From: Macrostomum lignano
Lineage: Eukaryota
Assembly (NCBI GenBank): GCA_002269645.1
Contig: NIVC01000608.1
Span: 373,350 to 437,349 of the forward strand
Length of the DNA stretch: 64,000 nt
Direction of reading: 5' to 3'
Shown here: piece after piece, positions 34,720-54,009 of the stretch
Position numbering within the stretch: position 1 is the first letter of the stretch
How the letters are laid out: every line of letters starts with the position of its first letter
The notes under the pieces: generated by a model
The model's input: only the letters and a program-made list of their open reading frames with translations
The model's database searches: none
What the model was told of the DNA's origin: nothing
Made by a program: the position numbers and the translations under genes

Positions 34720-36090
34720 CCAGTTCACGAGTGACCCAATTCAGGACAGACTGACCCAGTTCACGAATGACCCAATTCAGGACAGACTGACCCATGCAGT
34801 TCACGAGTGACCCAATTCAGGACAGACTGACCCATGCAGTTCACGAGTGACCCAATTCAGGACAGACTGACCCATGCAGTTCACGAGTGACCCAATTCAG
34901 GACAGACTGACCCATGCAGTTTACGAGTGACCCAATTCAGGACAGACTGACCCATGCAGTTCACGAGTGACCCAATTCAGGACAGACTGACCCATGCAGT
35001 TCACGAGTGACCCAATTCAGGACAGACTGACCCATGCAGTTCACGAATGACCCAATTCAGGATAGACTGACCCATGCAGTTTACGAGTGACCCAATTCAG
35101 GACAGACTGACCCATGCAGTTCACGAGTGACCCAATTCAGGACAGACTGACCCATGCAGTTCACGAGTGACCCAATTCAGGACAGACTGACCCATGCAGT
35201 TCACGAGTGACCCAATTCAGGACAGACTGACCCATGAAGTTCACGAGTGACCCAATTCAGGACAGACTGACCCATGCAGTTCACGAGTGACCCAATTCAG
35301 GACAGACTGACCCATGCAGTTTACGAGTGACCCAATTCAGGACAGACTGACCCATGCAGTTCACGAGTGACCCAATTCAGGACAGACTGACCCATGCAGT
35401 TCACGAGTGACCCAATTCAGGACAGACTGACCCATGCAGTTCACGAGTGACCCAATTCAGGACAGACTGACCCATGCAGTTTACGAGTGACCCAATTCAG
35501 GACAGACTGACCCATGCAGTTCACGAGTGACCCAATTCAGGACAGACTGACCCATGCAGTTCACGAGTGACCCAATTCAGGACAGACTGACCCATGCAGT
35601 TTACGAGTGACCCAATTCAGGACAGACTGACCCATGCAGTTTACGAGTGACCCAATTCAGGACAGACTGACCCATGCAGTTCACGAGTGACCCAATTCAG
35701 GACAGACTGACCCATGCAGTTCACGAGTGACCCAATTCAGGACAGACTGACCCATGCAGTTCACGAGTGACCCAATTCAGGACAGACTGACCCATGCAGT
35801 TCACGAGTGACCCAATTCAGGACAGACTGACCCATGCAGTTCACGAGTGACCCAATTCAGGACAGACTGACCCAGTTCACGAGTGACCCAATTCAGGACA
35901 GAATGACCCATGCAGTTTACGAGTGACCCAATTCAGGACAGACTGACCCATGCAGTTCACGAGTGACCCAATTCAGGACAGACTGACCCATGCAGTTCAC
36001 GAGTGACCCAATTCAGGACAGACTGACCCAGTTCACGAGTGACCCAATTCAGGACAGAATGACCCAGTTCACGAGTGACCCAATTCACTA
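34720..36090. repeat. 40-bp minisatellite, about 34 copies
   Basis: Unit gttcacgagtgacccaattcaggacagactgacccatgca; degenerate lead-in from about 34600. Confidence 0.98.
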
Positions 36091-36727
36091 TACGCTCGTA
36101 GAGTGACCTAGATCACGAGTTGTCTTCATTTACTGCTGGCTGCTGCATGCGAATAATTTCAGTAATTGGAACACCGAAAAATGGACGAAATATTCTCACA
36201 ATTCCAAAGTTGCGCAAATAAAAAATCATTGTGTCCTACGCCAGCAATGATTTGATTTGCCTGAGCATTACCTTTAAATTGTGTAAACATTTGCGCAGCT
36301 AGGTACGGCACACGTCGTCGTGTTTTAGATGCTTTTTTGCTTTCTCTTTTTTATTAGAAATGCTTTTATTTTCGTTTTGCGTTGTCTGGCTGCAAGGTCC
36401 GTTTGTGTGAGCATGCACAGAGCAGCGAAGTGTCTTGACTAACGAAAATGTAGACTTGTATCAGTTAAATTAATTTCATCTATAAGTTATAGTTCGATCT
36501 ATAATTTGTTGAACTGTAGTTGCGGGTGTAGAAAGAAATAGTTGAACTATCCATAAAGGTTAAAGGGACGGCTGCCGACTCTTGCCTTAATTGCGACAAT
36601 TACTCAGAAGTCCCCCTGCTCTGCAGTAACTTGGCAAGCCTATAAGATCAAGCGTCATGAGCGTCAAGCGTAGTACGTGCTGCCTCTGTCGCTTGCGTTG
36701 GAGTCAGGGTCTGTCTGACATTTCTGT

Positions 36728-36915
36728 CTAGGGTCCTGCGCCAGGGCGGCCTTGTGTCTATAGGGTCCTGCGCCAGGGCGGCCTTGTGTCTATAGGGTCC
36801 TGCGCCAGGGCGGCCTTGTGTCTATAGGGTCCTGCGCCAGGGCGGCCTTGTGTCTATAGGGTCCTGCGCCAGGGCGGCCTTGTGTTTAGGGTCCTGCGCC
36901 AGGGCGGCCTTGTGA
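36728..36915. repeat. 32-bp tandem repeat, about 6 copies
   Basis: Unit tagggtcctgcgccagggcggccttgtgtcta. Confidence 0.95.
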
Positions 36916-37211
36916 CTAGGCTCCTATGTCAGGTGATCCAGTTCTTGAAAGCGAGACCTACTCGCCCAATGGCCCTGTGTCTAAAGGTTTTGTGTTCGAT
37001 AGGCATAAAGTCCTGTGTCTAGGGTTCTAAGCCTAAGGTAACGTTCTTTGCCTACACTACACTACATCTATAAGGGTTCTGGTTCTAGGGTCTTGTGTCT
37101 ATGGAGTCCTCAGTCCTACCGGGTCCAGGGCCTTAGCTGTAACGATAGGCAGTAACAATGAAATGCAGCCGTTCCGCGCAATAATCTTACAGGGAGCAGC
37201 AGAGCTCAGCA

Positions 37212-39910
37212 ATGAAATCTTCCCCAGCCGTCACTGCGCAAGCAACTCCGCTGCGTTTCGATGCGGTCCAGCGGCGCTGGCTACCGTTGATTGGCGGCTT
37301 GCCAACAGCCGCAGTCTGTCGCGTGCAGGCGGTACTAGCTGGCCAGCACCAGCAGTATCATCAGCATCAGCTGCGAGTCCAAGCCCGCAAGCTGCAGAGC
37401 AACGAGCTGGTGCTGGATTGTCCAGTAGATGGAGCGGATCAGCGGAAAACTCGACCGTCGCTGCCTGACGGTATTTTCTGGCGGGCCGAGCCGGATCTAC
37501 TTTGTTGGCGCAGCGAAAGCGTCGAACACGGGCTTAGGTTCGGCAGTGCGGAACTGGCGAACAAGTTCGAGACAACCACCCGACAGTTCATGGCTGATGG
37601 CAGGGCTGATGCCACTATTGCTGCGTCTACAACTGCCTTAGCTAGGTGAGTCATGGGCTTCTGCATCTAGCACTGAATGGGTCGAGCTAGCATTGCACCT
37701 GCTATCTATGGGACCCACACAGCCTTGCAATTAGTATGTCACATAAAGTGATAATAACACACATAAAGAAAATAACAAAATAAGTAAAATCGAACGAATT
37801 AACACCTTGCAATAAGTTGGATCAAATTTACACCTTGCAATCAGTTGGATCAAACTAGCACCTTTGCAATCAGTTGGATCAAATTGACACCTTGCAATCA
37901 GTTGGATCAAACTATAACACCTTTGCAATCAGTTGGATCAAACTATAACACCTTTGCAATCAGTTGGATCAAACTAGCACCTTTGCAATCAGTTGGATCA
38001 AATTGACACCTTTGCAATCAGTTGGACCAAATTGACACCTTTGCAATCAGTTGGATCAAACTAGCACCTTTGCAATCAGTTGGATCAAATTGACACCTTT
38101 GCAATCAGTTGGATCAAATTGACACCTTTGCAATCAGTTGGATCAAACTATAACACCTTTGCAATCAGTTGGATCAAACTAGCACCTTTGCAATCAGTTG
38201 GACCAAATTGACACCTTTGCAATCAGTTGGATCAAACTAGCACCTTTGCAATCAGTTGGATCAAATTGACACCTTTGCAATCAGTTGGATCAAATTGACA
38301 CCTTTGCAATCAGTTGGATCAAATTGACACCTTTGCAATCAGTTGGATCAAATTGACACCTTGCAATCAGTTGGATCAAACTAACACCTTTGCAATCAGT
38401 TGGATCAAACTATAACACCTTTGCAATCACTTGGATCAAACTAGCACTTTGCAATCAGTTGGATCAAACTATAACACCTTTGCAATCACTTGGATCAAGC
38501 TAGCACTTTGCAATCAGTTGGATCAAACTAGCACTTTGCAATCAGTTGGATCAAACTAGCACTTTGCAATCAGTTGGATCAAGCTAGCACTTTGCAATCA
38601 GTTGGATCAAACTAGCACTTTGCAATCAGTTGGATCAAACTAGCACTTTGCAATCAGTTGGATCAAGCTAGCACTTTGCAATCAGTTGGTTTATTCTGAG
38701 TTCACAATAAATCAATATTTCAGATTTCCGTTCGGCTCGCAGCATCGTTTAAGCGAGCCGCAGATTAGCGGATTGCCGAATGACATCGCGAACCATGAAC
38801 TGTCAATGAAACGGTCAATGAAACGGAGGCCAACAAATGCTGTTAGTATAGTGCGGGTTGGTGCATGGACTCGCAATTTAAGATAATTCTGATAGCGAAA
38901 TAGGTTCGACGTCTTTTTCAAACTCACATGCAGTGTACATGTAACTCACATGTTCTATTTCGTTAAGAGTTGCACTATTCGCCTGTAGTTACGAGTAAGA
39001 TCTAATTACCCGACTAATTATTGTCAACAAAGTTTAAGTTCAAGTATTTTTTCGTTTCGAGCGCGATCCATCTGATGAAATATAAGTTTAGTAATTGAAA
39101 TACGAGCTAAGATCAAAATCCATTTACCTACTACAAGTAGACAAAAAGGATTTTCTCCCATATTTGGTTTGAGTATAACTCAATAGCAATTGTCATTTAC
39201 AAACTCAAGCCCGTGTGGCCTAATGGATAAGGCGTCTGCCTCCTAAGTAGAAGATTGCGGGTTCGAGTCCCGTCACGGGTAGAGCATTATTTTTGTATCC
39301 TTCATTTACGGCACCCATTAAAATAAATTTTAGCCAATGACCGCCAGAGCTCAAGCAATTGAGGAGATGCTGCAGCGAAGAGACAATCCAAGTAGCACAA
39401 GTAGTTTCGATACTAACAGCTTGCCTAGGGCGAAGAACGCACTGAAGAGTGCAGCTTCCAGAACTGCTGCTGTTGGCTGTTCGCCGTTGAATGAGAGCGG
39501 CAGGAAGTCGAATTCAAAGCGCCCGCCTTTGAATCAGCAGGTGGCGGCAGCGGCGGCGCCCAGACCAGGTATTGAGGGTCAACTGCAGTTATTTAAATGT
39601 GAGCTAATCGCGGAGATTAGGCGCGAAATAGAGGACGCTACTCGCGATATAGTCATTGGTGAGCAATTTATTTGTTATCTGGCTATATAAAATTAAAATT
39701 ACAAGTAAACAAATTCGAGGTTAGGAAGTTGCTCAAATCTCAAGCGTAGTTGTGTCCGCTAATAATAAGTTGATCGACTGCCGATATGTAGCGAAAGCAG
39801 CATAACATATTGCAAACAAGATTTGATTTTAGCATTGACCTACTATCGTTACCTATCGATAACTTTCAGCTCTCAAGGAGGAGATGGCTTCTTCAAAAAA
39901 GCATGCCTAA
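37212..39910 (+). CDS. Divergent compact Ena/VASP-like protein (EVH1 plus tetramerisation coiled coil)
   Basis: Exons 37212-37645, 38724-38856, 39334-39658, 39870-39910; phases 2, 0, 1; 310 aa. EVH1-like AQATPLRFDAVQRRWLPLIGG..RVQARKLQSNELVLDC..CWRSESVEHGLRFGSAELANKF; C-terminal LQLFKCELIAEIRREIEDATRDIVIALKEEM resembles the VASP tetramer helix. True 5' end may lie upstream (acceptor at 37191-37192). Confidence 0.78.
37795..38690. repeat. 27-31 bp minisatellite, about 31 copies, Ena/VASP-like intron 1
   Basis: Unit ctttgcaatcagttggatcaaa(ttgacac/ctagcac/ctataacac). Confidence 0.97.
39209..39281 (+). tRNA. tRNA-Arg-CCT: tRNA-Arg (anticodon CCT)
   Basis: 73-nt cloverleaf: GCCCGTG/CACGGGT acceptor, TCTGC-CTCCTAA-GTAGA anticodon arm, GCGGG-TTCGAGT-CCCGT T arm; T5 terminator at 39290-39294. 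Confidence 0.96.
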
Positions 39911-40561
39911 CAGTCCGCCTGTAATACGAGTGTTTATTTTAGACATTATCAGTAATTCTGCAAGCTAAGCTGCTTTAAAGTTTCTTGTTGCGCGATAATT
40001 GGTACCAGCGCGTGTCGGATATAGCTTATTCGTAACTAAACCATAGAATTCCAGATAATAATCTGTGTAAGCTACGAGTAAATCCAAGTATGAAATATCG
40101 GCAAACAAAATGGCTAATAAAGGCTAATGAACAGTAACATTCCCGCGCTCTCACTGGCTCTCGGTGTCATTTAAAAATCCTGATTCTTAATCTTTTTTAT
40201 CAACGAATTATTATCAATTGTTTTAAATGCTGTTTTTTCTTTTGGTTTTGATTTAACTTATTCTTCTGTTGGATGGTTGCTATATTTTCTTGCTTTTTTG
40301 TTTTTGTTCTATTTTTTGCTAGTGGTCCGGTACCTCAATCAAATGCAATGCAATATATTAATTATAAAGCTTTAAGTAATTACCGGACAAGTGTGATGTG
40401 AATCGATCCACCTTTGGTTGCCTTGATCTATCTCACAGATACTATAATGAATTTTAGTGTCTGGTGCCCTAATATATCAGATTCATAATTCGGGTGTTAA
40501 AGTAAGGATTTAAAGCCTTAAGTGAGCTATATAGGTCGCTCCGAGTTCCATATTTGATAGC

Positions 40562-40634
40562 GGCCGCGTGGCGCAATGGATAACGCGTCTGACTACGGAT
40601 CAGAAGATTCCAGGTTCGAGTCCTGGCGTGGTCG
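40562..40634 (+). tRNA. tRNA-Arg-ACG: tRNA-Arg (anticodon ACG)
   Basis: 73-nt cloverleaf: GGCCGCG/CGTGGTC acceptor, TCTGA-CTACGGA-TCAGA anticodon arm, CCAGG-TTCGAGT-CCTGG T arm; T4 at 40643-40646. Confidence 0.97.
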
Positions 40635-42078
40635 TGGAATAATTTTGCTGCGATTCCATTTTCTTTTCATAAACTGTCGAAATTTATATTTGAAATTTAC
40701 TTTGATCATAATTATTCGTTGTCATTGTTTTATCGGTAGACACATCCAATCAGTAAAAAATTATTTTTGATTAGATGCAGTGACGCAGCGCTTGTTTTAT
40801 TTCAACTACTCTGTATATTATTAACTACACAACATATCGGCCAGTTCAACAACCTATCAAATCAAATAAATTAGTCACGACTCACATATCGCAGAAATTC
40901 CTGAAAGCATTCTTTCTTGACTTGAGTATTTCAGACACAAACCTCTTAGTCTAAGTAATCTAGTAACCTAGAACTGGCCATTTTACGTTTTGGTACTACA
41001 ATTCAGGTTATTCAGCTCAGGCTTCAATCATCAGAGTTGCTCATTTTCATCGCCGTGCGCCATTAAATTTGCGCCATACATCATATGGCTAATATAAAAA
41101 GGACATAAAAATTGATGAAAAAGTTTTTAGCTCATATGAAATTTTAGTCTCATGTGTGGTGGTTTGTGTGAAGCCATTGTGACGAGTTGACGACTATTGG
41201 CTAATTTTATACTTTCTTAAATAAAAATTGAATAAAAATAGGAATTCTACTACTAGCAGTAGAATTACTAGCATTTTTGTTTATAAATGTAGAAATTCGT
41301 GCACAGTGGTACAGAATGGCTGGCCTGGGGTCTACAGATATATAGCTCGTATTTTGTTTGTGTTTTGACCTGGACTAAGTCACGCGCGCGAGTTCAAAAC
41401 AATTTCCTTAAAACGTAGATTAGAGAGATTCGATTTCACTTAAGTGTATTTGCAGGCAGTTCATTATCAATTGCTTCCATTATGGAGAAAACGACGTTAA
41501 TTTAGACACGGTAATTTTTGCGGGTTTTGCTACTCAATTGGTTTATTATTATTAATTTGCATCTGAAAGAAAGGCGGGATAGCAATTTTTAACAAGTGAT
41601 CAATGAATAAAGAAAAGAAAAAAATGTGGACTACATGGTTTATGAAATAACAATTATGGTGTTAAGTTTCTAACCATTTTGACAGCTCAGATCTTGTGGA
41701 TGAAAATTAATAAGCTCTGAATAAAATACAATGCTAAACCAAGTTTTCAATGAAACTAGGATGCCTAATTGTTAACTGTGACTTGAAGCAACAACATAAT
41801 CAAAACTGCATCAGAAGAAAAATTAAAACTATTCGATTCTAAAATCTCCGCTTTGTATTAACGTTGATTAAGACCGACAAAAATGACACTAAACTGGCTG
41901 TGAACAGCTTAAATCCTCTTAATTCACTAATTGCTCATGCTCTCGGTGTACTAACCACAGCCCACTCTGCTTAACTTGCAGCGACTCCTCGTAAAATCCA
42001 TAGAAGTAATACGAAAATAGAAAAACAACAACAAAAAATCAAATCGCGACAAACGACAAAAAAATTCTATCGACTTTT

Positions 42079-48117
<6,039 letters not shown>

Positions 48118-50089
48118 GATTTTCTATTCTAAATTTATAATTGTATTCAAGTTATTATTATACAAATAGGCGCAGCAATAGAATGCGAAACTAACGGGTT
48201 TATATTCTATACTAGAGAAGCACTGATATTGCGAACTAGGGTGGCTAGGGGTCTGTCGAAGGTAGCTAGCCAGCTTCTGGATGGAGAGGAGGAGGAGGTC
48301 GGCTTTGATGTCGGAGGCTGGCCAGCGAGGGCGAGTAAAAATCGAAGAGATCGCGAAACGGAGAGCGGAGGATCCGGGATGGAGAGACGCCACTGTAGGC
48401 TCGGGGTGAGGGAGGGATTTCTTGGGGACAGTTGCTAGCCGAGTCTAAGAAATTATTTTTTTAACTCGCTTAGCTCGAGCATAGCCGGGGAGAGATGCCG
48501 TGGGCAAGTCGAGGCAGAGAGGGAGACGGACAGACAGAGCTGGAAGAGCAGGGTCGCTCGGTGGGGGGAACACACGGTGAGACGAGGAGCGAGTAGAAGG
48601 GGAGGGGTAAGAAGGGGTCTGGTCGAGAGAAAAAGAACAGAGCCAAGAGATCTCGGAAAGGCCGAAGTAAAGAGAGGCAGGGGAGGAGAACGGGATTTGA
48701 GATCTGCATGGGGAAGAGCAATTTTTCTGGTACAGTATTGGCGCAGCTGTTGGGAAGTACACTCAAAAAAGGGATTTAAGGGGATTGGATCGAGAAGGGG
48801 AGAAAATGCTAGCGGGAGAGATGTGGGGGCGGCGGCGGCGCGGACGGGGAGGGGGAGAGACGGCGAAGAAGTGCACGCACAGGAGGCTCAGCTGCTGGCT
48901 GATAGACCCAGAATTATAATGAAGGGTGCTCCCATGCATACAGATAGATAGAGATAGAAAGAGGCAACTCAAGCAGAAGAGATGAAGCTATAGACGCTGG
49001 AGCCTGCATTTATGTACGCGTAAGAATCAGTGCTCTCTGCAATAGATGTAAAGAGGATGTGACAGCTATTGGCTGATTATTCGGTTGGCAAACTGATTTT
49101 AGCTTCCTTCATTCCAATTAACTCCATTCCAGCATTAATCCAAATAATTCTGCAGCACGTCGATCTCTCCCTTGTGCAGTTAATCCTCATAATCTCCGCT
49201 TGATCCCCCATCAGCAAACTTTCCAGCTCATGCAGATCAAATTCCAGATGCAGATCCGCGAGAGCGGCCTCTACTACAAAGCAAATCGAATGTTGTAGTT
49301 TCTTTTTTTATACCCACAGGTAAATGCATTAAGTGCGTATATCTACGTAATATTAGATACATGTAGTTCATATATGTGTACTTCAACGGTAGAACGTCAG
49401 TACAGTACAAAACCGACTTCGATGTTGCGACTCGCGAAATACATCGCGGTAGCATATGTGTCGACACAAAGTCAATTTCTGCTGCGCACTGCACCTTGTT
49501 TTACGCAAATTGATTAAAGAAAAGTAGGCTGTAACTAAGCGGCTGTTCTTTCATAGAATTATCATTATATATTTCAGTTTAGCACGAACGCGATATTCAT
49601 GCAACCGCGAATACAAATCGTTTGAGTTTACAAATATTGAGGTCACAAACTTAAAAACCAAATTGCAATGTTTTCGAGTCTCGAAATTACCCGAAATAAA
49701 ATGTGGTTGACGAACTTTGTAAAAAAAGACTGCAGATTTTTCGCGAGTAAGTCAAATTTTATATAATGCAAAAACAATTGCGTAGAAATGCTTGACAATT
49801 AAAGTTTTTTGTGCTTGAGTAGAACTACTCGTCGCTTGCTATCAGACTTTTAGCTATGCCGACAATTGATACAGTGTACATTCACATGCACATGTGCATG
49901 AACGTAGAGTACTTCACCATTACGAAATCGAAGAGTTGTGTCGCATTTTCCAGCTATATTTTACAGTACATCATTTCAATTACGTGTATAACATGTATGT
50001 TCGATCTAATGCATCGAGTTCTAATCAAAATAAAAAAATAAAAAAATTGACTCACAGAGATCGAAAAGGTCCGTATTACTTCAAGTTTT

Positions 50090-50670
50090 AGAAGATACAA
50101 TGAGTACGCTGTACATGTACCGATGTTGTACACGTCGGCGGTTTTGTGCCAAGAATCACAGACGACATGGCACGGCGCAAGTTGCTTGCCTGGGGCGCAT
50201 TCCGCACTATGCGGACTGTCCTGCAGTGCCCCGCGCTGCCGGATCGGCTGAGAGGGCGGCTGTTCCAGGCCGTCATAGAAACCGTCCTCCTTCACAATGC
50301 TGAAACGTGAACACTGACCGGCCCGCAGGAGCGGCAACTCGATGTCACTCACGCAGTCACGCTGGACTCGTGTGAGAGCCGCCTTCGGTGTCCACTACTC
50401 GCCGACCGCCACCATGCACCAACAAGTTGGCCACGTCATCCGGGCCTGAGCCTGAGCCCTAAGCCGCTTCACGACGTGCTGTTGCTATCCCCTCAAGGGC
50501 CGCGGCAGGCGAGAAGTCTGCGTCTCGTCGACCTGCTTTTAAGAGACGCTTAAATCTCTGACCCTCGCGGACTCGCTATTCTGCGCAACTGCGCTTGCGC
50601 GCTCCTTTTGATGGCAACCCAACTTGGGTTGCCCAGGGTTGCTGTAGTTTGGTGTTGTTGTTGTTATGTG
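50090..50670 (+). mobile_element. Decayed 3' fragment of an RTE-like LINE
   Basis: DMARRKLLAWGAFRTM..LRGRLFQAVIETVLLHNAET*TLT matches the RTE-clade post-RT motif (LLYGxETWTL), with W changed to a stop at 50308-50310; then PLHDVLLLSPQGPRQ; (TGT)n tail at 50653-50665. Confidence 0.75.
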
Positions 50671-51264
50671 CCTATTTATTCAAGGACCTTATTATAATAA
50701 GTCGATCCTATACTGTTCATGTACATATGAGGCTTTTCATCATATCACTGCAATTTTCATACGCTCACTACGAGCAACACAACCGATTCGACAACCGGAT
50801 TCGGTTTAAAAGTTTTTTATTTCGTTGGTTCCCTTTCCAAATAGGTTCCAAATCGGTTTATCCGCGGTTCCTAACGGTTGGTCTGGCCTTGGATTATTCT
50901 GTGTTTCTATGGAAGCTGCAGCAAATTAAGTCGTTATTTATATTTGGTGCTCATTTTCACCCGAAATATCATTGAAAATGAGACATTGGTGGAAGATATT
51001 CATTCGAAAAAGATGGGAAAGATTTCTACATTTGTGCGAGGCTTTTTAGATTCTATAGTAATTTATTGTTACAAAAGTTCAAAATAATTTTCAGCGCCAT
51101 TTTTCATGAATTTAAAGTAACTTTAATTAAGTGCCTGCAATACATTTTCCGATTAATCATATCATATCCTGAACAGAAACAATGTAAACTTTGCTTTACT
51201 TGAATAAATCGCGAGTGGTTTCATAGAAACAAAATGATTTGGCACTCCACTTGATTATACCAGT

Positions 51265-51495
51265 ATAACTTCGCCGGCACATTTTCAGGCACATCTTCCG
51301 ACACTTTTTACGACACTTAAAATGTTGCAAAAAGTGTTGGAAGTGTCGGCAAAAGTTAAACGTACGACACTTTTCAGACACTTTTGCAGCATTTTAAGTA
51401 TCGGAAGATTTTGTCTGAAAATGTGTTGGCAAACGCCAAACGGCAAAAGTTAACTGTTACGACACTTGAAGTCGCACTTCCGACACAGTTCTAAA
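51265..51495. repeat. Imperfect palindromic element built from CGACACTT/AAGTGTCG motifs
   Basis: ttccgacacttttt pairs with aaaaagtgttggaa; tttcagaca pairs with tgtctgaaa; the motif recurs in both orientations. Confidence 0.6.
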
Positions 51496-54009
51496 ACATC
51501 ATTTAGAAGAAAAGATGTGAATTTTAGCAGTATCCCTATAACATGGTCTGATAGTCATGCTTAGTTATATAAAATATGAAAATAATTATTAGGGCCTAGG
51601 CCTACTTTGAGCAATATTTAACAAGTTATTGTATAGTATATGTCTCCACTTATTGTGATTCAAAGATTTAGTTCACAGCCACAGCATAACTTATTGAATA
51701 GTTTTGCTCTGACATCTAATTGATTACACAATCAGTGTTCAGTCCATGTTAGCCAGCTATTAAGCGATGTACATTTTGCATTTGCATGAATCAATTTAAG
51801 TGAGACTGGCATCTCTAACTTGACCAAATCAATCCTTAAACACAACATTAAAATCAAGCAATGAATTTTTATGAATTTAAAGTAACTTTAACTACATTAA
51901 CTTACAAAATTAAGAAATGGTAGGGCCTAACAACAGTCAGTTGGAAATGCAGGTCAACCTAATTAGGGCCTAATAGATATATAAAAGTTCATGCCATAAG
52001 GGCATAGTTTCTTAATTTCAATTACTACTTTCACTAAAGTATGGTTAGCTTTGTGATTCTTTATTACATAGATGATGTCAATTCTTTTAATCTTGTTAAA
52101 TGACCTCTATTAGCATCTTCACAATATAGTTAAAGCAAAGTATAGTCATAGAGATATACATTATAATTTATTATACCATATTATGCCTATTTATATAGTG
52201 AGTCCTATAAAAATAATTTTAGAATTGTTTTTTTATCTTAGGTCTATCACAAGATAAAAACTTCTAGGTCCTATTGGTTTATAAAAAGAAATTGTCCTTT
52301 AGACTTACTGTGCTTTAGACTTTGAGTTCTAAAAACACTAGCTAGGCCCTAGCAAAAGATACTTACTAGAAAATATATTTTTATAGTCAAAAAAGACATC
52401 TTCTATCAATAGCAACCAAGAAGCTGAATGCAGCCTTTGCCTGCTTTATAATGGGAGTATTATAAAACTCACACTTCTTTGTATATAGTAATAGTAATCA
52501 GAAGCCCTTGATACTAATATATAAGTAGCTAATAGGCCAAGCTATGCAAATCACTTTTGTCTAGAAAGCAATCAAATACCACCTTGCTATAAATTTGATC
52601 TTGTTGCTAAAGGTCTTCTTTGTTGAACTATTCTTATTCTATAGCACTAGTTCTATATTAGTGATAATAATAATAGAGTATTTCAATAAAGAAACAGCTT
52701 TGTTTTTCCTATTGCTTTTAGATAGCTGACATATAAAGTATAGCTGCTAAAACAAAGCTGCTGAATCTAGATGAAGTATTTTTGATATTGTTTGATTGGA
52801 ATTTTTGTAACTGAACATGGTTGAAGCTATAGCAGTTGAAAAGATATTTATTTGGATAAGGCTGACATTCTCTAGCAGGTATGTTCACAGTCTGTGTGGC
52901 ATTCAACAAAGGCATTTTGCTTTAATACAAATAAAGATTAGGTGCAAAAAAGCAGGGAACTTTAAATCATGAAAAGCATATGCCTCATTGCCTCAGCTTT
53001 GTCTTTTGTGTGCACAAAGATAGCTTTAGATTTAGTTACAATGAGTAACTGAAAATACAATGTTCATTTATACCAATATGTTATTTGTATTATAAAAGAC
53101 AATGTATGTGATTTTTCATAGATCCCTATATTCTCTCCTCTTCCCCATTTTTCTCTTACCTTCTTGCTTATACTTTTCAGTCTAGCAAAGGAGCCTTAGC
53201 AGGCCTGGTCTATTGTCTGTTATTGGTCTACGCCTGCCCTAGTCCTACATAGAGTTCCATTTTTCTCTATCCTTGTGCCAGCTTACTAGGGTCCAAGTCT
53301 GAGCACTTCCAATCGAGAGTTGGTATTCTAGCTACTAGATTTAGCTTTCCTTGGCCTATTATACAGTGGCAGATTTTGGTGGAGAAGCCACCCCCCCTTG
53401 TGGTTGGCAATAATGGCACTCTCTTTTGCCCTAAAAAGATCCTTGCTGCCTTTATTTTGCTTAGTATGGCACCCTTCTAGTGTATTATATAGTACCTCTA
53501 GTGTATTATGTATATTAAGGTGCCCGTGTCCTCTATAGGCCTAGTATATATTATGATACCCCCACAGCCTATTATGGAGGTAGGATCTGGAATAGTCCAG
53601 GCTCAGAAAGGCAATGCAAGGTCTGGCTAGTGATACATAAGTCAACATGTGACAGCATACTTGATGTACATTGTAGGACAAAGGTCATCTGCTGTACAGT
53701 CACATGGAAATGTCAAAGTGGCACCTCAACATGGTGAAGCTCTATCATTCAAGCTTCTTTTATTGTCATCTAGAAGACTGTAGTGGATGACAATAGCAGA
53801 TAGCACTAGTGATCTATTGTGAACAGTGCTCACAACCCTTCTGTGAATAATTCAATGTAGTGGGAGCATGGTGTAAAGACATCTGTTAAGACAATCTTCC
53901 ATAAGTCGATATCAGAAAATGTATATTCAGTAGAGCAAGAAATTGTTATGGTTTCTTTCAATGCTTGAGTTATTACTAAATACTACTAACTGGCTCCCAC
54001 AGCGCAGTC

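Noticed and set aside
39158-39167. CArG box CCATATTTGG in an actin-regulator intron
   Set aside because: Several such 10-mers are expected by chance in 64 kb of AT-rich DNA.
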